Below, one piece after another: positions 20,301 through 28,979 of a stretch of 39,237 bases of DNA. The number at the start of each line of letters is the position of its first letter. Position 1 is the stretch's first letter. Source of the stretch: a virus (lineage: Duplodnaviria > Caudoviricetes); IMG/VR virus record IMGVR_UViG_3300032130_000005, positions 1 to 39,237 of that record; one strand, given 5' to 3'. The position numbers and the translations under genes are program-made. A model generated the notes under the pieces. It had not been told where the DNA came from, ran no database searches, and saw only the letters and a list, made by a program, of their open reading frames with translations.

Positions 20301-23300
20301 CCGCTTTTACCTGCATCAAATACCATAGTAGTTGTACTAGGTACATCATAAATTTTAAAGATACCTGAACTTTTTGAAGTATCTGGATATGTTTTTTCTC
20401 CAAATATACAACTTACTGTTGCACCAACAACTGCAATATCATCATTTCTATTATAACCGTGTGCTGACGCAACTGTAAGTGTAACTAGTCCAGTCACGTT
20501 ATCATAAACAAAATTAGTTAGTGTTAGTGCCGCACCAAATGGTACTAATGTAACAAGTTTAGATGTTCCGCCACTAACCCAAGTATGTTCAACGTTACTT
20601 GGTGGTAGGAAGAATCCTAATTTATCAGCATCAGGTTTTTTCGTAACATTAAAAATACCTGTTTGTGCAGGTGCTGGATAAACTTTAGTACCGTATGAAC
20701 AAGATGTTATAATACCAAATACATCTACAAAGTCTGCGGCATTAAGTCCGTGTGTTGCTGTAGTAATTGTAGCAATTCCAGTCACGTTATCATAAACAAA
20801 ATTTGTAATAGCTAATCTTGTAGTATCTGCTTTTTCAACTGTACCGCCACTAACCCAAGTAGTTACAGTATTACTTGCTCCTAAGTCAATTTCAAATTCT
20901 GTAGTAGATAAGTTTGAAGATTCAACCTCATAGTTTGTAGTAATAGTAACATTTGGATATATTTTATTTCCTTCAGGACAACTTATTAACATATCCCGTA
21001 TTTCAATTAAGTCGTCAATAGCTCTACCATTTGCAATTGCTGTAATTTCAGTTTGTGCACCTAAAATTGGTGTTGCTTGTACAGTTGAAATTTCGTACCT
21101 AGCTCTACCAACTGATCCACCGTGATCAATTTCAATTTCACTTTTTGCGTGTGGAAGATATTCACAATCACGAACAAATATTTTTAATCCATCCTCAGGA
21201 TGATCATATGTTGAACCGTCATCATAAATCCTAGCAGTTTGAACCATGTTGTCGGCAGTTGTAATTAAGTCTGGTTCTTCATTTGGATCTGATCCCGATG
21301 CTACAAGTCCGTACGTACCGTACGAGTTAGAACCGTTTAATGATCTAATATCACTACCGTTATTAGCAAAGTAGGCAACTTCACAATAATATGTAAACTG
21401 TGAAACTAATTCTGCAAGTCCACCGTTATTACAAATAGTACCATAACCTAAATCGTTAAGTTGAACAAAGTCATTTGCCAACATACTTCTCATACCAGAA
21501 GTTTGTAAAGTAATATCAGTTGGCATAGGTTGTGTAAACCCGCCGTTACTAATACCTGATGTTGGATTTAAAAGAAGTTTGGCAGTACCTGCCTCTTTAT
21601 CATAATTTGTAACAGCATCAACTTGATATCTAATACCGTCAATGTAAAATGGACTTGGTACTTGTGGTTTCTTTAATCGTAACCCTTGTCCAACTAAACT
21701 TTGTACGTTTAGTGTAAAATTGTCGTCTTTGCTATTAACTACTGTAGTAATGTTTCCAGAAAATCCGTCAATATATAGTCCGCCTCTAAATGCTTTTTTG
21801 TTTAGGCTTTTTGCAAAACTTGAGTTAGTTTGACCATAAGGTGATTTAGTTAAAATTGCACCATCTGGGTCAAGAACACCCATAAATCCACCGTGTCCTT
21901 CACAAGTTATATTTCTTAAAATAGTAGCATCATTTAATAAGAAGACATCCATGTCTTCGTTATTTTTTGGCACACTAGCTGAATTATCTTTGTCAGTTAA
22001 GTAATGATATCCGTAACTAGGATCATCAAAGTCTGGCAATCCAGTAAGACCATTTTCAATAACATCTTTTAAGAAATCTAATAATGTATCAGCCTTAGTT
22101 TGTGCTACTGCTTCACCATCATTAGGAGCATCTATAAATTGGGTTGTAACTGTTTGTGCTGATGTCCAGGCTGTATTAGTTAAAACCGCGCCAAAGATTT
22201 CTTTCATCTTACCTATTGCGGCTCCTGTTTCAACTTGTGCACCTGGTACTTGTGTTGTAGCACCAAACCAATATTTGTCAGCATTACGATGAACTCTTGA
22301 ATTACCACCCCATTTTATATCAAATAGAAGTCCGTCAATAATGTAACCCATGTCCCTTTCACATTTTTGACTATCACTTGATGTAAGGAAGCCAGAATAT
22401 GTTGTATTAATAAATGCAATAACTTCGTCTTTAACATATTCTTTGTTTAATGCTATTAAATTAGTTGCAAGGGGATTTAATTCTGTTTGTATAGCAATTC
22501 CATCAAAGACAGGATCTCTATAAAAATGTAAACCCTTCCAAGCACTTTCAGATACGCCTGGTTTAGGTTTAATAATACAACGTCTAAATTCATCACCTTT
22601 TATAGAAACATTATTGCTAACTTTAATTGGATAATGTTCAAAGTATGTTCCACTTTCTATGTGAATAGTAATTTGTGGTTGTTTAACATTGTAACCAAAT
22701 TCTAATTCTTCACCTATTGTATATTCTTTAGGTTCTAATAATTCTAGTTCAATTGTATCATTTGTTGCACCAATTGAATATTTTACAATTCGTCCCATGG
22801 CACCGGATGTTAAACCTCTTATAATTTTACCTGGAATAAGATCATTGTTTGTTACAATAGCTTGGTCGGCATATCCTTGGCCACCATTTGAAATCGTAAT
22901 TTCCCAAGTGCTACCTTCAACAAGTTGTGGTGCTGATGTATAACTAGGTCCTGTTATAAGTGCTATAACAATATCCCATTTGGCTCCAACAGCTACTTGC
23001 CCTGGAGCATCAACTATTTGTCCTGAATCAATTGTCTGTGTATATGTACTTTGGTATAAAGTTGTTTCAGCTGTATTTGTAATAACTTTATTATGTAAGG
23101 ATTTAGCAAATTGTTGTGCCGCAAGAGTTTGTACACTTTGTGATTGTCTTGCTCTTTGTCCACTTACAGTACTGTAATATCTAAACCCTGTATTTCTAGC
23201 ATGGTAGTTGGCTGTTACACCATCTAACATATCTAATACAATTCCATCTAATGTATAACCCAAGTCTCTTTCACATAAATCTCTTGAATATATGTGATCT

Positions 23301-25426
23301 GGGTATGTTTGGTTAATGTAAGCAACTGCTTCTGCAAGAATAAAGTTTCTGTTTGCATCTGTTAGTATTTTTACTTCTTCATATCCACTGCTATTTTTCA
23401 CACCAGTTGTAACTACTTGTGATTTATTGGCTCCAGAATTGTATGTAATGTCTTGTAGATAAGGACCAATTCCAGGTGGTGATGTAAAAATTATTTCTTC
23501 GGCTTTAAGTGCCGCGGCGTGTAAACTTTTGTATGCATAATTTAATGCTCTACCTTCACTACCGATAGGTACGCCACGCATTGTGTCATCACCGTTTGCA
23601 CTTACATATAAATTTGTTAGTGATGCGTATGCAGAATTATCAACATAATATTTTGATGCCGCTTGTAATACATTTGGATTTGTAGCAGGTATAACTGTTG
23701 GATCCGCTAATGGACCTGAATTTGCTATACAATCAGCAGTCGCACTTACAAATGCGTGTACTGATGTATCACTTGATATACCAACATTTATAGTAATTGA
23801 TGTTCCATCTACTGCCGTAATTGTAATTGGTGTATCGTAGACAGGGTCAGTAGTTCTTGGATATGTATGATTTGTTGCATGACTATCTGTAGCACAAGTA
23901 AATGTTAAACTGTCTTGAGCAATTGTAATTTTATTACCAACTTGATAATTGTGTGATCCAAGAGTTAATACCAGTACACCTGTTGCAGGTGTGTATACCG
24001 CGCCTGTCGGAGTGTAAGTTGTGTTATCAACAATCGAATTTATAGTAGCAACTAGTTCTGTTACTCTATCACCTGAACCTGATTCGCCAGCATTTGTTAT
24101 TATTTTTTGTGAAGTAGCTGATTGTTGTGATGCGTATGCAGTATTAGTTAAAATAAAATCCTTAATTATTTCTAATACTTTATTGTTAATTGCTATCGCA
24201 TAAGTTGATTCGCCTGCGGCTAATTGTGAAACAGCACCGTCCCAGTAAAGTTTAGCAGTTCTAATCGATTCTGAATTACCGCCATATTTGATATCATGTG
24301 CAATTGCATCAATATTATATTTTGTATCTCGTTCGCATTTTTCATGTCTAGCTGTAGTATGTACACCTGGGTTGTTTGTATCAAACCAATGCATTACTTC
24401 GTCAGCTACATATTCTTTATTTTGTGTTATAAGACTGTATGCATATGGTAATTGCGGAGTAGCATTTGCATGAGCACCTGGATGATCATGTAAGTATAAT
24501 GCTCCAGTCATTGTATCGCCTTCGCGTCTTACAACAGATTTTCTTGGAAGTGCTTCTGTAGAAATCCAGTTACCAGCTAATACTTCATCATATGAGGCAT
24601 CGTACATTGATTGTACACCACTACCACTGCCTGCTGGTACATTAATTTTTACTCTAGTACTATCGTCATTGTTTTGTGCTTCTGATTCAGATTCATGAAT
24701 ACTCATCTGCTCCGTTGAAACATATCTTAGATAATAAGTTGTTCCTGTTGATAATCCGGCCGCATCTGTTCCTGTTGAATTATATTTGTATGCTATACCA
24801 TTTGAACTTGATTCAAACCCATGTCCAGCACCACCGCCACCAACAATATTACCATCAGCAAATGAATCAATAAGAAAACTATAAGCATCAGCATTAAAAG
24901 GTTCAGACCTTGCTCTAATTTGTCCTGATGCACCTGGACCACCTGCTGATCTTAAATAACGAGCATCACTATATCCTCGTGTAATAACTAAATCATCAAT
25001 AGTGAATGTTGTTCCGTGTGCATTGTTTAATGCATTTATAGCCGCAGTTGAAATATTTGGATTAGCAATAGCTTGGTTGGCCGCATTTAATGGACCTCCA
25101 AGACTTGGAATAGTATCTGCACTAATAATAGTTCCAGTATTACTAATTGTAATTGTATCATTTGCTAATGAATCAACTGTAATACCTTGTCCGCCGGCAA
25201 TACTTTTCATTAGTATTTCATCGCCTGCGGCATTAGACATTGGTACTTTATATGCACCTAGTTGATCAGGAACGTCGCTTAATGATCTAAAAGATATCTG
25301 TCCGCCTTGGCCGAATACAGCATATAGTTCCGTAAAGTTTTCATTTGCTTTACGAAACGACTCTCTTATACTATCACCAGTACCGTCGTTACCTTCTACA
25401 CCAATATTAATATCTTGTTTTGCCAT
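17309..25426 (-). CDS. Giant virion fibre/structural protein (2705 aa): gp9/gp10-like N-terminus, CERD repeats, pectin-lyase-like beta-helix, C-terminal peptidase-G2-like autocleaving chaperone domain
   Basis: INIGVEGNDGTGDSIRESF; IESGTYFEHYPIKVSNNVSIKGD beta-helix start; ADLAENY...GTVV...GVVS..PAYLMN...ALQGRIKVKV.G.VRKG..LV at the C-terminus. Confidence 0.75.
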   Translation of the reverse strand: MAKQDINIGVEGNDGTGDSIRESFRKANENFTELYAVFGQGGQISFRSLSDVPDQLGAYKVPMSNAAGDEILMKSIAGGQGITVDSLANDTITISNTGTIISADTIPSLGGPLNAANQAIANPNISTAAINALNNAHGTTFTIDDLVITRGYSDARYLRSAGGPGASGQIRARSEPFNADAYSFLIDSFADGNIVGGGGAGHGFESSSNGIAYKYNSTGTDAAGLSTGTTYYLRYVSTEQMSIHESESEAQNNDDSTRVKINVPAGSGSGVQSMYDASYDEVLAGNWISTEALPRKSVVRREGDTMTGALYLHDHPGAHANATPQLPYAYSLITQNKEYVADEVMHWFDTNNPGVHTTARHEKCERDTKYNIDAIAHDIKYGGNSESIRTAKLYWDGAVSQLAAGESTYAIAINNKVLEIIKDFILTNTAYASQQSATSQKIITNAGESGSGDRVTELVATINSIVDNTTYTPTGAVYTPATGVLVLTLGSHNYQVGNKITIAQDSLTFTCATDSHATNHTYPRTTDPVYDTPITITAVDGTSITINVGISSDTSVHAFVSATADCIANSGPLADPTVIPATNPNVLQAASKYYVDNSAYASLTNLYVSANGDDTMRGVPIGSEGRALNYAYKSLHAAALKAEEIIFTSPPGIGPYLQDITYNSGANKSQVVTTGVKNSSGYEEVKILTDANRNFILAEAVAYINQTYPDHIYSRDLCERDLGYTLDGIVLDMLDGVTANYHARNTGFRYYSTVSGQRARQSQSVQTLAAQQFAKSLHNKVITNTAETTLYQSTYTQTIDSGQIVDAPGQVAVGAKWDIVIALITGPSYTSAPQLVEGSTWEITISNGGQGYADQAIVTNNDLIPGKIIRGLTSGAMGRIVKYSIGATNDTIELELLEPKEYTIGEELEFGYNVKQPQITIHIESGTYFEHYPIKVSNNVSIKGDEFRRCIIKPKPGVSESAWKGLHFYRDPVFDGIAIQTELNPLATNLIALNKEYVKDEVIAFINTTYSGFLTSSDSQKCERDMGYIIDGLLFDIKWGGNSRVHRNADKYWFGATTQVPGAQVETGAAIGKMKEIFGAVLTNTAWTSAQTVTTQFIDAPNDGEAVAQTKADTLLDFLKDVIENGLTGLPDFDDPSYGYHYLTDKDNSASVPKNNEDMDVFLLNDATILRNITCEGHGGFMGVLDPDGAILTKSPYGQTNSSFAKSLNKKAFRGGLYIDGFSGNITTVVNSKDDNFTLNVQSLVGQGLRLKKPQVPSPFYIDGIRYQVDAVTNYDKEAGTAKLLLNPTSGISNGGFTQPMPTDITLQTSGMRSMLANDFVQLNDLGYGTICNNGGLAELVSQFTYYCEVAYFANNGSDIRSLNGSNSYGTYGLVASGSDPNEEPDLITTADNMVQTARIYDDGSTYDHPEDGLKIFVRDCEYLPHAKSEIEIDHGGSVGRARYEISTVQATPILGAQTEITAIANGRAIDDLIEIRDMLISCPEGNKIYPNVTITTNYEVESSNLSTTEFEIDLGASNTVTTWVSGGTVEKADTTRLAITNFVYDNVTGIATITTATHGLNAADFVDVFGIITSCSYGTKVYPAPAQTGIFNVTKKPDADKLGFFLPPSNVEHTWVSGGTSKLVTLVPFGAALTLTNFVYDNVTGLVTLTVASAHGYNRNDDIAVVGATVSCIFGEKTYPDTSKSSGIFKIYDVPSTTTMVFDAGKSGLVHTWVSGGTVHKHTYTTSASTNITGFTFRNSVRDEAVYQLNVATTGQDNTTKSGLLDTLTHDQKVIIRNNLNFHVSGVDTTITRPSTAITFDEAVDVTYRTIAYGLTDAIGGALGASDRMVTFDSTYRYIKVLVDNGESQNNTFAGSGTTMGDTIGDTVIAIELVSAQADVDRLNAGDMIFAWDGKTHVIKSYTNRTTFATIVIEDLPASDINVPASAVGLVSTVRNTTTLVTLRCGLQKDEGGDITINISTCRATGHDFLDIGTGSFNTTNFPNVTLGAPLQLADQEKEVVERDKGRVFYVSTDQDGFFRVGRFFTVDQGTGTVTFSASIALSNLDGLGFKRGVVASEFSADDGMTDNASDSVPTESAVRGYVNRRLGFNHAGAAVSTPIGLGVLARNGVLAFTGDQNAGGTYTVTNLRDPADQQDAATKSYVDSLIAAGDTIPELLDVETNTIAAAQLLVTTGKYRIYTAPASGGNFQINDTITGNGTGATGTVLDVENVSINSVAHNLLTYTLTSGINFSTADLIDTGGGVTAQNKQGPYDEYALATEDAATDVTLHVARTGSGATLELRHAPDRIVNADVNSAADISQSKLNLNAATTRVDATGITQSDLGVASFDSDSFTATDGWVELTTAGLNFNKIINLADKVALGYHDATYEPYGATPGTAPAGAIKEVSYSDIVLGGGGVIGETTTTGEANKIVKTDALGNVASQGIKVDTYLIIDTTGTTVNLYTPGAASFMSAVGTVTPTVSMTGSLDIGATGTTEGSFQTNSALAGESRLGVDWIHSSFIEAPGELDANSTGISIGANTGYTAAGQIGLISDGATVLKTTSTGFEPGLDDTYIIGSASLKYNTIYATTFNGTSTQAQYADLAENYTADAVYEPGTVVIFGGDDEITVTNLHEDDRVAGVVSEHPAYLMNSEQEGNNVTAIALQGRIKVKVRGMVRKGQMLVTSSHKGFACATSNPKVGTVIGKSLEAKTTPDDGEIFVVVGRV
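20270..21000 (-). repeat. Three to four intragenic repeats of about 95 aa (TWVSGGT / NFVYDNVTG / SCxxGxKxYP)
   Basis: CCGCCACTAACCCAAGT occurs three times (about 20275, 20568, 20844); CCAGTCACGTTATCATAAACAAAATT occurs twice (about 20490, 20778). Confidence 0.8.
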
Positions 25427-25429
25427 TGT

Positions 25430-25753
25430 TTAAAATCCTACTGATTCACCACACCCGCAACTATTTTTTGTTGCTGGATTAGTAATATCAAAAAATGATC
25501 CAAATAATTCTTCTTTATAATTAATTGTTGAACCCATTAAGTACATTTGACTTAATGAATCAATTGCAAATTTGCCTTTTTCCAAGTTAATTATTTCGTC
25601 TTTATCTTCTACGGCGTCTGACATAGTCCAATCATATGTCATTCCTGCACATCCGCCACCCTTCATAGATAGGCGTACAACAGGTTTATTCTTAGCGGCC
25701 AGCATATAATTCATTTGGTCTATTGCTGATTCTGTTAATGTTACTATTGCCAT
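25430..25753 (-). CDS. iscA: A-type Fe-S cluster carrier (IscA/SufA/ErpA, HesB family); start reassigned to 25753
   Basis: VTLTESA...GGGCAGMTY...NPATKNSCGCGESV with three conserved Cys; AAAGGA RBS before the ATG at 25753. Confidence 0.9.
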   Translation of the reverse strand: MAIVTLTESAIDQMNYMLAAKNKPVVRLSMKGGGCAGMTYDWTMSDAVEDKDEIINLEKGKFAIDSLSQMYLMGSTINYKEELFGSFFDITNPATKNSCGCGESVGF

Positions 25754-25773
25754 ATTAGTTCCTTTGTTAATTG

Positions 25774-25814
25774 TATTTATCAATATGTCTAAAATCCTAA
25801 TGTAATTATAAATA
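25774..25814. promoter_or_regulatory. Divergent pair of late-type promoters
   Basis: GATAAATA on - (25774-25781) towards iscA and the giant fibre; TATAAATA on + (25807-25814) towards 25820. Confidence 0.6.
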
Positions 25815-25819
25815 GCTAT

Positions 25820-26107
25820 ATGTTTATAAGGACAGAACAAACTATACAATACTTTATGCGTAAGGGTATAAAGGGTGAACACCACCCTTATAAACGTAAA
25901 AAAACGTTGGTAGTATTTAAATGTGATAGTTGTAGTGAAGAATTTATACGTGATAAAGGGCGTATAGACCCTAAAAGATTATGTGATGATTATTCGCACG
26001 TTTGCCCGAACTGTGATCCTAAAAGATTTGCCCAAAAACGAGGTGTTGAACAACGTAAAAAATTGAACTTAAGAGTGGATAGCATGATCGACATCACAAA
26101 ACTATGA
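25820..26107 (+). CDS. Small basic Zn-ribbon protein
   Basis: CDSC...CPNC pair, K/R rich. Confidence 0.7.
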   Translation: MFIRTEQTIQYFMRKGIKGEHHPYKRKKTLVVFKCDSCSEEFIRDKGRIDPKRLCDDYSHVCPNCDPKRFAQKRGVEQRKKLNLRVDSMIDITKL

Positions 26108-26138
26108 TGCCGATCTACACTAATCTATAACTTGTAAA

Positions 26139-26303
26139 TTATTCAGATTTCCAAATATTGTATGCACCCCAAGCCAATGCTCCCCAAATAATAACTTTGG
26201 TAAGAGGCATAATGCCTAAGATAACAACTAACGCCGCACCACCGATTATAATTCCGTTCCATGATGTGCGTTCTTCTATTCTTCCTTTGATCCAATCAAA
26301 CAT
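26139..26303 (-). CDS. 54-aa two-TM membrane protein, holin-like (absent from ORF track)
   Basis: MFDWIKGRIEERTSWNGIIIGGAALVVILGIMPLTKVIIWGALAWGAYNIWKSE; AAGGAG RBS. Confidence 0.75.
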   Translation of the reverse strand: MFDWIKGRIEERTSWNGIIIGGAALVVILGIMPLTKVIIWGALAWGAYNIWKSE

Positions 26304-26315
26304 AATAATTACTCC

Positions 26316-26594
26316 TTACAATGCTTTGTGCAATTGACTTACTAATTTAGATTTAACAAGTCTACGGTCTAGCTCGATACCGTGCTTTCTTCCTAACTCT
26401 TCCATTTGCTTTTTGGTCATTTTAGAAAGTTGAGCTTTAGTATGAGATTTTGGTGTTTTCTTTACAGTTTTCACCTTAGGAGCCGTGAAGGTTTTATTAG
26501 ACCAATGTGTAACGTGGTCTGATATTTTAGTATCGCAACATTCTGGCTCTTTATGGATGTTTCCAGTAAAGATGTCTTTCAGCCATTTGAACAT
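26316..26594 (-). CDS. Hypothetical protein with C-terminal Rho-N/SAP/HeH-like helix-extension-helix
   Basis: LSKMTKKQMEELGRKHGIELDRRLVKSKLVSQL; AGGAGGAG RBS; CTAAATA at 26631-26637. Confidence 0.65.
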   Translation of the reverse strand: MFKWLKDIFTGNIHKEPECCDTKISDHVTHWSNKTFTAPKVKTVKKTPKSHTKAQLSKMTKKQMEELGRKHGIELDRRLVKSKLVSQLHKAL

Positions 26595-26650
26595 AGGGTA
26601 GTCTCCTCCTAGTTTAATAAGTCTGTAATATATTTAGTTGTTTTGTAGTC

Positions 26651-26854
26651 TTAAGTTGTAATATTGACGTTTTTACTCTTGCCCTTAGGGTCGCAAAAAG
26701 GCGGTATTTGTGTTTTTTCATGCAATCTGCTCTTTTTAAGGCCTGTTTCTGCTACTGATTCTACGGGTTTAATCTTATCTGTGGATAAAGTTCCAGCAAT
26801 TCTCATAACGTTTGCCATGAATCTTCCTATGCCATATGATCGATTAATTTTCAT
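26651..26854 (-). CDS. Hypothetical protein; start reassigned to ATG 26854
   Basis: ATGA overlap with the stop of the upstream 59-aa ORF; MKINRSYGIGRF...PKGKSKNVNITT. Confidence 0.5.
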   Translation of the reverse strand: MKINRSYGIGRFMANVMRIAGTLSTDKIKPVESVAETGLKKSRLHEKTQIPPFCDPKGKSKNVNITT

Positions 26855-27030
26855 TTTAAGTGTTCTTTTTGTCGCTCTCGTTCTGCTACGCACCATTCAT
26901 CATCTGGATTAAACATACAATCAAGTACTTTGCCTATTCCACCTAATGTAGGTTTTGCTTGTGTTCCATTACTTCCACATTCTGACAGTACCATTAGTAA
27001 TAATACAAGGATTATTATATTCTTTATCAT
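26851..27030 (-). CDS. 59-aa exported or lipoprotein-like protein (absent from ORF track)
   Basis: MIKNIIILVLLLMVLSECGSNG...DCMFNPDDEWCVAERERQKEHLK; hydrophobic signal followed by Cys; starts 3 nt after the GH73 stop. Confidence 0.65.
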   Translation of the reverse strand: MIKNIIILVLLLMVLSECGSNGTQAKPTLGGIGKVLDCMFNPDDEWCVAERERQKEHLK

Positions 27031-27033
27031 ATA

Positions 27034-27699
27034 TTAGTTTGCTGTTATCACCTTTAGTTTGTTTACAGTTGCTTTTAACAATGTAGTATAGTTTGGGTTT
27101 GTTGAAAATAAAGTTAATGTATCAATTAATTTATTATAATTATATACCCCTGCTATAACCATTTCTTCTCTTAATTCTCTAAAATCTTTGTATGCAGGAT
27201 GATTATTTAATAAGTCAACATAGTCTTGAATTGATTGACATTTTGTTTTATATACTTTAACTCCCCATACTGCTTTTGGATTGTCTTTAGGTTTTATTTG
27301 CGGAAGTTTGGGATCCCAAGTTCTAACACCAAATAAGGCATTCCCTTCAATTGCAAATCTGCTTGTACCCCATCCGGATTCTAATCCTGCTTGGGCTTCT
27401 ACAAGTAAAGATGGAATTCGTAAACTGTGGGGGGTTGTAAAGTTAATATAATTAACGCATTTTCGTACAGCTAAAACAAAACTGTCTTGATCAGTATAAA
27501 CAAATTCAGGTTCGTGTAATCCAAGTTTAACTGCTATTTTAGATTGTTCAAGTTCAACACGTTCTGTTATTTTATCAATAATATAATTATTTGGTTTAAA
27601 CGTTCCAAAGCCAAAAGATCCTATACCGAGCAATATAATTAGTATTACCCCAATGAAAATTTTAAATTTTTTATTATCTTTTAATTTCATCCTTTTCAT
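27034..27699 (-). CDS. GH73 glucosaminidase (Bax/FlgJ-like) with N-terminal membrane anchor
   Basis: AQAGLESGWGTSRFAIEGNALFGVRTW...Y..LLNNHPAY..FR...FSTNPNY; K-rich N-terminus plus TM segment IFIGVILIILLGIGSFGFG. Confidence 0.85.
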   Translation of the reverse strand: MKRMKLKDNKKFKIFIGVILIILLGIGSFGFGTFKPNNYIIDKITERVELEQSKIAVKLGLHEPEFVYTDQDSFVLAVRKCVNYINFTTPHSLRIPSLLVEAQAGLESGWGTSRFAIEGNALFGVRTWDPKLPQIKPKDNPKAVWGVKVYKTKCQSIQDYVDLLNNHPAYKDFRELREEMVIAGVYNYNKLIDTLTLFSTNPNYTTLLKATVNKLKVITAN

Positions 27700-27704
27700 A
27701 CTAT

Positions 27705-27733
27705 ACTATAGCATTATTTGGATCAATTGTCAA
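27705..27733 (-). promoter_or_regulatory. Sigma70-type promoter
   Basis: TTGACA-17 bp-TATAGT with an extended TGn. Confidence 0.75.
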
Positions 27734-27739
27734 TCAAAT

Positions 27740-28441
27740 TTAATACCAATTATCAGCACACCACGGATCTATGGAGTCTTTTGGATTTGGATCACCATGG
27801 AATACAGCCATACACGTTTCACTCAATATTTTGGGTGTGCCAGGAGTAGCAAAATTTCGTTTTCCAGTTACTCTAGACATTTCGGGTTTACCACGCATTT
27901 CCCATTTATAACTTTGGATCCATTCGTCAGGCCAAAAACAAAAATCCGATTTAACATTAGCAAATAACCAATCTTGGTCTCCATGGTATCTTGCTGAATG
28001 AGATTTTGGATTTTCCATAAACTTTTCATATACTTGGCTATGTTGTCCTGTTTCAAATCTGACAACACTTGAATTCATTCTATTCCAATTTGAATGAACA
28101 ACTCTATTAAAGTCTCGTATAACACAAAATTGGCCAGGATTATAAGTAAACAGCTTATCCATGTTTTTAAAAATAATTACATCTAAATCAATATAAAGAA
28201 TAGTTCCTTTTATTCCTAGACCAGGATTAAAGAACATTGGTTTGTACCACCAACCTTTGACATCAGGAATTGCTGGTAGTGGACGAATTTCTATACCGGA
28301 TTTTATACCAGCACCGTTTTCAGTAAAACAAGCAAAGTTAAAAGGTATAGTTAGATTTCTTGTAACCATGTTGTGCAAAACATTAACATATTCTGCACTA
28401 TATTTGTTACCGTGTTTTAAGCATACAACATAATTTGCCAC
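27740..28441 (-). CDS. GT-A fold glycosyltransferase (GT8-like); probable GTG start at 28441
   Basis: CLKHGNKY..EYV..L, WWYK, ILYIDLDVII (DxD), NSSV, GDQDWL, FHGDPNP; AGGAG 6 nt before the GTG. Confidence 0.8.
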   Translation of the reverse strand: MANYVVCLKHGNKYSAEYVNVLHNMVTRNLTIPFNFACFTENGAGIKSGIEIRPLPAIPDVKGWWYKPMFFNPGLGIKGTILYIDLDVIIFKNMDKLFTYNPGQFCVIRDFNRVVHSNWNRMNSSVVRFETGQHSQVYEKFMENPKSHSARYHGDQDWLFANVKSDFCFWPDEWIQSYKWEMRGKPEMSRVTGKRNFATPGTPKILSETCMAVFHGDPNPKDSIDPWCADNWY

Positions 28442-28451
28442 ATACTTCTCC

Positions 28452-28979
28452 TTATAATGCTGGCTTAGAAGGAACTGCTCCAATACTTAATGTAACTCTA
28501 GGGCAAAATGGCATTGATTTGTGTGGAGTTAATCTAGGAAGAAATAATGCATCACCAGTTTTTAAATGCCACATTTTATATTGATCACCTTCTTCAGTTG
28601 ATGTTGGCATACATACTTCACCATATCCTTGTATTAGTAATACAGATTCGTTGTCACGATGCATATAGATTGAGTGATGCCGATCTGAGAAACTCCAAAA
28701 GAAACTGCAATTAATTACTGTTTCAGTTTCAACTGCTGTATAATTAGTAACAAATTCTGTAAAGAAAGGTTTAATATGTTTATTATTTTCTACACTAGCT
28801 AAATGACTACCATACTGATCCATAACAGTATCATTATTGGTAACTCTAGAAACATATTGATTTTGTTGTAGTAATGTTTCAAAATTAATGATTGTTGCTT
28901 CGGGGAACACACCAGGCCAATATTTAACTTCTCTAGTACGTCGAGTTTCGTTTAGTTCTTTCCAAAATTGTTCACGCAT
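28452..28979 (-). CDS. JmjC/cupin-type 2OG-Fe(II) oxygenase
   Basis: HRD..SVLLIQGYG...GDALFLP..TPH...RVTLSIG (HxD...H). Confidence 0.75.
   Translation of the reverse strand: MREQFWKELNETRRTREVKYWPGVFPEATIINFETLLQQNQYVSRVTNNDTVMDQYGSHLASVENNKHIKPFFTEFVTNYTAVETETVINCSFFWSFSDRHHSIYMHRDNESVLLIQGYGEVCMPTSTEEGDQYKMWHLKTGDALFLPRLTPHKSMPFCPRVTLSIGAVPSKPAL

Noticed and set aside
20270-20870. CRISPR-like array from the recurring CCGCCACTAACCCAAGT
   Set aside because: Spacing is about 280-290 bp and in frame within a coding sequence; these are protein repeats.
12334-25265. Many + strand ORFs in the track (e.g. 12334-12693, 17742-18263, 25002-25265), and similar ones elsewhere such as 822-1115 and 9535-9909
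   Set aside because: They are antisense shadows of long - strand genes, with no RBS or recognisable motifs.
25754-25885. N-terminal extension of the HesB/IscA ORF
   Set aside because: It overlaps the divergent gene and promoters; family homology and the RBS begin at 25753.
26108-26138. Intrinsic terminator between convergent genes
   Set aside because: No convincing GC-rich hairpin with a U-tract.
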